Shown: positions 1 to 5,981 of the stretch, piece by piece
Layout: every line of letters starts with the position of its first letter
How positions within the stretch are numbered: position 1 is the stretch's first letter
Origin: Dehalococcoidia bacterium
GTDB lineage: Bacteria > Chloroflexota > Dehalococcoidia > Lucifugimonadales > Lucifugimonadaceae
DNA length: 64,000 bases
Assembly (NCBI GenBank): GCA_965214735.1
Contig: OZ243977.1
Location: 1,621,801-1,685,800 of the forward strand
Reading direction: 5' to 3'
Made by a program: the position numbers and the translations under genes
Notes under the pieces: model-generated
Told to the model about the DNA's origin: nothing
Seen by the model: the letters and a program-made list of their open reading frames with translations, nothing else
Database searches by the model: none

Positions 1-575
1 CGTCGCCCTCGTATGCCCGATCCATCAGCAGCCGCGGGCTTCCGAGCTGCGGGCCGAGGCGTTCGAGCAGCCGGCGACCCTCCGGCGCGTCGTGCGCCTG
101 TCCCGGCGACAGGGAGAACGTCACGGCCGTCCGAGCATCCGCGGCAGCCATATGAATCTTGGTGGTCCAACCGCCCCGGGACTTCCCGATCGACTGGGGT
201 CCGTTTTTTTTAAGGCCCCCGTCCCGTCCGGATGCACCTTGACGATGGTGCTGTCCAAAGAGACCGCCTCCAGCTTGACACGCACTATCTGTTCTCTCTG
301 AAGGTGTTCGAACACCCGGTCTAGAACCCCCTTCTTCGACCAGCGGTTCATGCGGGTATAGATCGTGTGCCAGTTGCCGAACCGGGCCGGCAGCCCGCGC
401 CACTTGCAGCCGTGCTCGGCCACATACAGGATCGCGTTCAGAACCTGGAGGTTCGGGACGCTGACGTTGCCGCGCTGCACAGGCAGGTACGGAGCTATGC
501 GTTCGTATTGAGATTCTGTGATTTCCATGCGGAAAGCGTAGCACAGATCCACACGCTAGTGTTAACACGCCCTAG
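1..575 (-). mobile_element. IS5-family (IS427/IS1031-like) insertion sequence, copy 1, cut by the window edge
   Basis: The reverse complement matches the first ~575 bp of the complete copies at 16956-17776 and 32789-33610. The terminal sequence ...CGCTAGTGTTAACACGCCCTAG ends at 575. A T8 run at 204-211 equals an A8 run on the coding strand. Confidence 0.9.
121..552 (-). CDS. IS5-family transposase OrfA (N-terminal DNA-binding part, DUF4096-like)
   Basis: The 143-aa ORF is identical to OrfA of copy 2 (MEITESQYERIAPYLP...NRWSKKGVLDRVFEHL). It ends shortly after the A8 run. Confidence 0.85.
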   Translation of the reverse strand: MDLCYAFRMEITESQYERIAPYLPVQRGNVSVPNLQVLNAILYVAEHGCKWRGLPARFGNWHTIYTRMNRWSKKGVLDRVFEHLQREQIVRVKLEAVSLDSTIVKVHPDGTGALKKTDPSRSGSPGAVGPPRFIWLPRMLGRP

Positions 576-1803
576 TGCGCTCACTTTGGGAGTCTGCGTG
601 ATAGATTGACTGGGTTTCCAAGCGGGATGAGCATCAAGAGCCGCTTGCACATGCTCCTCAGCAGGCGACATGAACAGACGTTTGCGGTCTCCCTCGGCGA
701 CTATGGCGGTCATCTGCTCGCCCATCTTGCCGGCTTTCGCCTGCTCGCGCACGTACGCGAGCCTGACCGTGTTCCCGCAGGCGATGCAGGTGGTGCCAGT
801 GCGGTTGACATTGCCGGTTTCCGGCACTCCAACCTTGTGGTTCTGGACTGCGAATGAGACCGATCTGGCTTCGTCATCGATGACCGGACGGATCCAGCGC
901 TGGTTGCCGCGCTTCTTGGAGAGCTGGAAGGTTTTCATCATCGGAATCTTGATGCCGCATGCCGGGTTGGGGCATGGGATCGTGCGCGTCCAGAGCCAGG
1001 CGATGACGGTTCTCTCGATGCCGTCGGCATCCTTCACTTCGGGGTAGAGATGTCCGATGCGTCTGAAGGCTTCTTCTCGCATCCACTTGCCGTAGTATCG
1101 GATGTCGTTCGCCAGCCCCGCCGTGCCTCGCCATGGGATTCGCTGTCTGCGCCTGCCTCTGCCGGTGGTCATGCCCATGGGGTCGGAGTCGGGATTGACG
1201 GGAGGCTGGCTGTGGAACTTGGGCGGCAGCTCGATGAGGGACTTGGTGATGAGTACTGCGATGGGGTTGAGATCCGATCCCATCGCTTTCATTCCGAGTC
1301 TCTGCGCTTCTAGCGGGATGGAGCCTCCGCCGCAGAACGGGTCGTAGATGGCGGGCGCGTTGTCGCGGAGGTATCGGAGGGTGAGAGCGGAAGTGACATG
1401 GGGGGGGGGGGGGGGGGGTAGCTTGGGATGTGACGGGTGGGAATGGCGGCTTGTCGGGCGACCGGGCGATTGAGCGTGCGATCTCGCGTCGGGCTCGAGC
1501 CAGCAGGTCATCGTCGTTGGTGTTCTGCCACTTGACGAGTTCCTTGATCAGGTCGTGGAGACGCTGTCTTTCGATGCGTTGAGACTCTTCGGTCCGGAAT
1601 TCTTGGGGGCACGCTGACGGGTCGTCGACCATGCTGGCGAATATGACGGCGCGGCAGGCGGCGAGGGGGCGTCTCGCCCACCAGAGGTGGAGAGTGGAGG
1701 GGTGCCCGTGTCGGATGGACTTCTCGCGCGCCGATTCGGCGTTTACGACATCGAGCGGGAGGTCGACCTCGATGAGTTTCTTGCGATATGGCGTGTCTGG
1801 CAT
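576..1803 (-). pseudogene. DUF1156/COG1743-type DNA methyltransferase, frameshifted at a homopolymer and 3'-truncated by IS copy 1
   Basis: ORFs 874-1803 and 495-1511 are one gene in two frames. The N-terminus reads [18 protein letters not shown]...[15 protein letters not shown]. After the C19 tract come the SAM motif [18 protein letters not shown] and the Zn-ribbon-like CPNPAC...CIACG. The frame runs directly into the IS end at 575, so the C-terminal half, including catalytic motif IV, is absent here. Confidence 0.8.
1400..1418. repeat. G19 homopolymer (C19 / poly-Pro on the coding strand) inside the methylase gene
   Basis: Counted directly: g at 1400 plus 18 g at 1401-1418. The two methylase reading frames switch exactly here. 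Confidence 0.95.
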
Positions 1804-2264
1804 GGGTTTACAGGATATATACAGGATTTTGATGGGGAATACGGAGTGGAAGTGAGATGATTGAGATCAATGGTCAGGATGGTTGCACATGGTTAGCAGG
1901 GTTTGGGGTAGCGGGTCAGAGGATGCGCCGGGGTAGCGAGCTAGGTGAGAGTGGGACGGGCTGTTGTGTGGCGGTGCGACGGGCTGAGACAGGGTTATAC
2001 GGTCTGCTACAGTGTCAATGTAGAGAGGGGGATTTGTTGGATTTTGCTGTTGGAGTAAAGAAACGGGACGCAGGATATGAAACGGAGCAAGCGAGAAGAA
2101 CGAAGGTTTCATTGGTTCGATGTTAAACAGGCACGGGGATCGTCAGTCAAGGTGCCGCAACCGAGCGGGAAGTTTAAGATTCTGTTTCCGGGTGCGGAGT
2201 CGATCAAGTTGCCGTCAGAACAAAAATCCACGGATAAGGACGGTTCTGTGAAGTAGGCGACTTT

Positions 2265-2966
2265 ATGACGGACTCGTTTTTGATACTTACGTTGATCTTT
2301 TTGCCGGGCGGACTTTCAGTATCTCCCAATCAGTTCTATAATCCTCGTGTGGTCGACCATTCGGGAATCATACAATTAGGCATCTTGGTATATCATGCGA
2401 TCTTCGTCCATATTTTTATTTTCTCACTTCTTTGGTTAGCGTCTCTATTTTGGCCAGGTTATTTTTTAGGAATACTTGATCTTGATGCGATATTGGTTGA
2501 TGGGGTGCATGAATACATAAAAGCCAAAACTGATATTTGGTTCAGTGTATTCAGTATATATATTGTATCTCTGATATTCATTGCTGTATTGTTCGGGATT
2601 GCTGATCTACCTTCTAGATTCACAAATTTGATTGGTTCTTTAGCACATAGAATCGGATTGGCTGGCGAGCCTGTCTCTAATGTTCCGATCTGGTACGAGG
2701 TTTTTGATATAGAGCGAAAATCACTTAATGAACTTCATGTTCAATTACATGTATTGATGAAAGATGGCAGTGAGTATTATGGAGATTTATATAGTTATGA
2801 GCTTATATCTACTCCAGGGGAAGGCAGGAATATACTTCTCGGCGATGCTGTTTTCATTCCCAAAGGAGACAGATCTTCTCCAATTGAAATCTCTCTCGAC
2901 AAGGGTGGTGTATTATTGAATAGCAATAACATATCGAGTATCGAGTATCGAGTATTTGTACCATAG
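2265..2966 (+). CDS. hypothetical membrane protein, strongly AT-rich gene (possibly DUF6338-like; unverified)
   Basis: 233-aa ORF. The N-terminal two thirds are hydrophobic helices (LILTLIFLPGG, IFVHIFIFSLLWLASLFWPGYFLGIL, SVFSIYIVSLIFIAVLFGI). The C-terminus looks soluble and beta-rich. GC is visibly far below the flanks. Confidence 0.6.
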   Translation: MTDSFLILTLIFLPGGLSVSPNQFYNPRVVDHSGIIQLGILVYHAIFVHIFIFSLLWLASLFWPGYFLGILDLDAILVDGVHEYIKAKTDIWFSVFSIYIVSLIFIAVLFGIADLPSRFTNLIGSLAHRIGLAGEPVSNVPIWYEVFDIERKSLNELHVQLHVLMKDGSEYYGDLYSYELISTPGEGRNILLGDAVFIPKGDRSSPIEISLDKGGVLLNSNNISSIEYRVFVP

Positions 2967-2984
2967 CGGATACGAGGAAGATAG

Positions 2985-3086
2985 TTAAAAGATGTCGACG
3001 ATCTTGTGGATTAGCTGGCTGTTCAGATGTCCAGTCTCAGCTTGATATCGTCTTAAAGAGATGCTGTCGCCGGCGATGGATTTTGA
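2985..3086 (-). pseudogene. relic of a DUF499-gene 3' end (internally deleted, frameshifted copy)
   Basis: The minus strand reads SKSIAGDSISL..., versus ASKSIGDSISLDD in the intact gene. 3044-3086 aligns to 6156-6194 and 3026-3046 aligns to 6003-6023 (18/21). The relic therefore lacks the 132 nt in between and carries small indels. It abuts IR-L of the transposon. Confidence 0.6.
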
Positions 3087-3107
3087 TGGAACTTATATAC
3101 GAGTTTA
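3087..3107. repeat. IR-L of the IS1595-family transposon
   Basis: TGGAACTTATATACGAGTTTA, the exact reverse complement of 5750-5770. Confidence 0.9.
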
Positions 3108-3130
3108 CCCAAGCCCAGACCCGATATTTG

Positions 3131-3159
3131 TTGACAATATTAGTTATATTTGATATAAT
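3131..3159 (+). promoter_or_regulatory. perfect sigma70-type consensus promoter (TTGACA-N17-TATAAT) for the transposase/MTase operon
   Basis: TTGACA lies at 3131-3136, a 17-nt spacer follows, and TATAAT lies at 3154-3159. The ATG is at 3166, only 6 nt after the -10 element, and no SD is visible. The mRNA is therefore probably leaderless or nearly so. Confidence 0.7.
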
Positions 3160-3165
3160 GAAGAT

Positions 3166-4140
3166 ATGGCAACAAAGCAAATAGCACCGGGTCAATCCCA
3201 TCGCGAAGGTATCTCGCTTTTCAAAGTGATGAAGATGTTCAGCACGGAACTCAAGTCAGAGAACTGGTTCATCGAACAGCGGTGGGGGTCAAGGTCGAAA
3301 ATCGCCTGCCCGTTCTGCGAAAGCCGCAACATCCTGCATTGCAAGAACCGCAAGCCACAACCGTTCCGGTGCCGCGAATGTCGCAAACAATTCAGTGTCA
3401 AGACCGACACTTTCATGCACGGATCGAAGGTACCGCTATCGAAGTGGGGCGTGGCGATATACCTCTACAGCACCAGTCTCAAAGGTGTGAGTTCCATGAA
3501 ACTGCACAGAGACTTGGACGTGACGCAGAAGACCGCATGGTACATGGCGCACCGTATCCGTGAGGCGTGGGACACGTTCGAAAATCCGTTTCACGGACCG
3601 GTAGAGGTTGACGAGGTCTACATAGGCGGACTGGATCGCAACCGACATGCGTGGAAGGTCAAGGAAGGTCGTGGACCCAAAGGCAAAACCGCTGTCGTGG
3701 GAATGAAGGACCGTGACACCAATATGGTGACCGCAGAAGTCATCGAAACCACTGACAAAGAGACGTTGCAGGGTTTCGTTGAAGTCAACACCGAAGTTGA
3801 TGCAGAAGTCTACACGGATGGCAACCCGTCGTACGCCACTCTGAACCGCATTCACTTGTCAGTGGATCACTCCAACGAGGTCTATGTGGAAGGGAATACC
3901 CACACCAATGGAATAGAGTCGTTCTGGGCAATGTTCAAGCGCGGACACAAAGGCACGTATCACAAGATGTCCAAGAAACATCTGCACCGCTACATGTCCG
4001 AGTTCGCGGGCAGGCACAACGCTCGTCCGCTGGACACTGAAGACCAGATGGGACGTGTAGTCCGTCTGGGCGAAAGGAAGCGTCTGCGATACACTGATCT
4101 GATCGGACCACAGCACACACGTCGAAATCTGACTCTGTAA
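3166..4140 (+). CDS. IS1595-family transposase (N-terminal Zn-ribbon plus ISXO2-like DDE domain)
   Basis: CPFCESRNILHCKNRKPQPFRCRECRKQF Zn-ribbon, then VEVDEVYIGG ... NGIESFWAMFKRGHKGTYHKMSKKHLHRYMSEFAGRHN, which is typical of IS1595/ISXO2 transposases. Confidence 0.9.
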   Translation: MATKQIAPGQSHREGISLFKVMKMFSTELKSENWFIEQRWGSRSKIACPFCESRNILHCKNRKPQPFRCRECRKQFSVKTDTFMHGSKVPLSKWGVAIYLYSTSLKGVSSMKLHRDLDVTQKTAWYMAHRIREAWDTFENPFHGPVEVDEVYIGGLDRNRHAWKVKEGRGPKGKTAVVGMKDRDTNMVTAEVIETTDKETLQGFVEVNTEVDAEVYTDGNPSYATLNRIHLSVDHSNEVYVEGNTHTNGIESFWAMFKRGHKGTYHKMSKKHLHRYMSEFAGRHNARPLDTEDQMGRVVRLGERKRLRYTDLIGPQHTRRNLTL

Positions 4141-4207
4141 GAGGCGTGCCCTGACATGAACAGTAGCGGTACCCCCCCATTTTCCTACAAACGTTCAAAA
4201 CAGGACG

Positions 4208-5581
4208 TTGTTCCACGGCGACAATTTGGGGTTTCTGCGCGGGATGAATAGCGGCACGGTGCACCTCATCGCCACGGACCCGCCGTTCAACAAGAACCGC
4301 GACTTTCACGCCACGCCGGACAGTCTGTCGGCAGGTGCAAGGTTCCAAGACCGCTGGTCGTGGGACCGGGACGTTCATGAGGAGTGGACGGATGCTATCA
4401 AGGATGACTGGCCCGCTGCTTGGGCTGTGATCGACTGGTCGAGAATGACCTACGGGGACGACATGGCAGCGTTCCTGTGCTGGCTTGGCGTGCGGTTGAT
4501 GGAGATGCACCGCGTGTTGCGCGACGATGGGAGCATATACCTGCACATAGACCATACGGCGCACGCTTACGTGAAGACGCTGATGGACGCGATATTCGGG
4601 CGTAAGAACTTCAGAAACGAAATCGTGTGGCACTACACTGGTGGTGGTCGTAGCAAGACGTATTTTTCTCGTAAGCATGATTCTCTGTTGTACTACGCGA
4701 AAAACGCTAATCAGGCTGTATTCAATGTAGATGCAATTCGTGAACCATACAAAAAAACAAGTGGCTATGCACGAGGTGGAATCACAGCAAAAAGCGGCAA
4801 AAAGTACATGCCGAATCCCAAAGGCACGCCAGTAGATGATGTTTGGGATATACCGATTATCAATCCGCTAAGTAGAGAACGATATGGTTATCCTACCCAG
4901 AAACCGCTTACGCTTTACGAGCGTATCATCAAAGCGTCATCTAACGAGGGAGACATCGTACTTGATCCGTTCTGCGGATGTGCCACTACACCTATAGCAG
5001 CTGAACGCCTGGGGCGGCGGTGGATAGGGATGGACATTTGGGATGGTGCTGCGGACATTGTGAAACAACGCTTGGAAGATGAACGGCGCATGTTCGCATC
5101 CGAACATGTCCAAGTAATCACAATACCTCCAGTTCGAACCGACGATAACGATGTTGCTGCACCTGTTCTACGTATCAGATTGCACCGTCCGATGGAGCCT
5201 TGGCAACGCTTGACGCACAAGCAGATGTCCAATGTGCTGGTGTATTGCCAAAGCAATGGAGAAGGTGTGGTCTGTGCAGGTTGTGGACGCGTCCTCGAAA
5301 AGGAGTTCATGCAACTGGATCACATCATGCCACGATCAGACCGTGGTACCAACGACATTCTCAATCGTATCCTTCTATGCGGTCCCTGCAACTTGAGAAA
5401 GAGCAATACCTTGACGCTGGCAGGTCTGTTGAAGGAGAACAGAAAGAATGGTTGGATGAAGCACGCCGTACGCGCCCAGACAGCCAGGGATAACGCGGAA
5501 GTGTGTGCGTTACGAGTACGAGACGAGTTTGATACGTCTGAATGTCAATCACTCATCAATGGGAGAAGACTACCGATATGA
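4208..5581 (+). CDS. beta-class N6A/N4C DNA methyltransferase fused to a C-terminal HNH endonuclease domain
   Basis: Motif IV DPPF (LIATDPPFNKNRDF) precedes PTQKP and motif I (VLDPFCGCATTPIAAERLGRRWIGMD). The C-terminus has an HNH signature, CAGCGRVLEKEFMQLDHIMPRSDRGTNDILNRILLCGPCNLRKSN. TTG is the first possible start after an in-frame stop at 4157-4159. Confidence 0.85.
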   Translation: MFHGDNLGFLRGMNSGTVHLIATDPPFNKNRDFHATPDSLSAGARFQDRWSWDRDVHEEWTDAIKDDWPAAWAVIDWSRMTYGDDMAAFLCWLGVRLMEMHRVLRDDGSIYLHIDHTAHAYVKTLMDAIFGRKNFRNEIVWHYTGGGRSKTYFSRKHDSLLYYAKNANQAVFNVDAIREPYKKTSGYARGGITAKSGKKYMPNPKGTPVDDVWDIPIINPLSRERYGYPTQKPLTLYERIIKASSNEGDIVLDPFCGCATTPIAAERLGRRWIGMDIWDGAADIVKQRLEDERRMFASEHVQVITIPPVRTDDNDVAAPVLRIRLHRPMEPWQRLTHKQMSNVLVYCQSNGEGVVCAGCGRVLEKEFMQLDHIMPRSDRGTNDILNRILLCGPCNLRKSNTLTLAGLLKENRKNGWMKHAVRAQTARDNAEVCALRVRDEFDTSECQSLINGRRLPI

Positions 5582-5736
5582 CATACCGGCGCAGACCTAA
5601 AGACGAACGATTCAAGTTGTCGAAAAAGATCAGTAAGAAACGATACGTCATGCCAGCTCGGATCGACGCACATCCAGAAGAGATTGCACGCGGTATCTTA
5701 AGCATTCGAGGATACGCCAAGCGAGCTAAGTCATGA
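5578..5736 (+). CDS. small basic hypothetical protein (52 aa), start overlaps the MTase-HNH stop (ATGA)
   Basis: ATG at 5578-5580 overlaps TGA at 5579-5581. The product is MTYRRRPKDERFKLSKKISKKRYVMPARIDAHPEEIARGILSIRGYAKRAKS. It ends 13 nt before IR-R. I recognise no homology. Confidence 0.35.
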   Translation: MTYRRRPKDERFKLSKKISKKRYVMPARIDAHPEEIARGILSIRGYAKRAKS

Positions 5737-5749
5737 ATCAAGGTTTGGC

Positions 5750-5770
5750 TAAACTCGTATATAAGTTCCA
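5750..5770. repeat. IR-R of the IS1595-family transposon
   Basis: TAAACTCGTATATAAGTTCCA, the exact reverse complement of 3087-3107. Confidence 0.9.
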
Positions 5771-5902
5771 AGATTTTCCTGTGTTGCTTGGACCGACAAA
5801 CACGGTCAAAGGACGCAGGTCGATGCTGGCCTCGGCGATTGATCCGAAGTTGGAGATTGTTAATTCAAGAGACTTTGTGCTGGTGGGTAACGCAGTAGTC
5901 AT
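5771..5902 (-). pseudogene. N-terminal 44 codons of an AAA/ABC-type ATPase (AAA_15/AAA_21/OLD-like N-terminus), truncated by the IS1595-family transposon
   Basis: Hand translation of the minus strand gives MTTALPTSTKSLELTISNFGSIAEASIDLRPLTVFVGPSNTGKS, with Walker A GPSNTGKS. A strong SD (GAGGAGGAAGG) lies about 9 nt upstream of the ATG at 5902. The frame hits IR-R at 5770 and stops 11 codons later. The ORF is too short for the ORF track. Confidence 0.7.
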
Positions 5903-5981
5903 GCAGCGACCTTCCTCCTCAGTCGTCGGATGTTTTCACCGGGATGGCGGTAGATGTCTGGGTGAAAGGGTGATTTGCCCT

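Larger units (their letters stand above)
3087..5770 (+). mobile_element. IS1595-family transposon (2684 bp) carrying passenger genes: transposase, MTase-HNH fusion and a small basic ORF
   Basis: Perfect 21-bp terminal inverted repeats, TGGAACTTATATACGAGTTTA at 3087-3107 and its exact reverse complement at 5750-5770. They extend to about 27/30 matches. They bracket an IS1595-type transposase and two further same-strand ORFs. Confidence 0.8.

Noticed and set aside
1400-1418. Dismissing the poly-G as a pure sequencing artefact
   Set aside because: I did not fully reject this. The tract is flanked on both sides by coherent coding sequence of one gene, so a real homopolymer of about this length must exist. 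The exact length could still be wrong, and this is flagged in the finding.
495-1803. Two separate minus-strand genes (338 aa and 309 aa)
   Set aside because: They are one methylase gene read in two frames that switch at the G19 tract. The C-terminal approximately 27 aa of the 338-aa ORF are read-through into the IS end.
3935-4678. 247-aa minus-strand ORF antisense to the transposase/MTase junction
   Set aside because: It is a shadow ORF with Arg/Val/Pro-rich composition. Both sense-strand genes have strong family motifs.
5556-5771. 71-aa minus-strand ORF starting exactly at IR-R and reading into the transposon
   Set aside because: It is antisense to the small basic ORF and the MTase 3' end. 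It has no RBS or motif, and its start coincides with the IR by chance.
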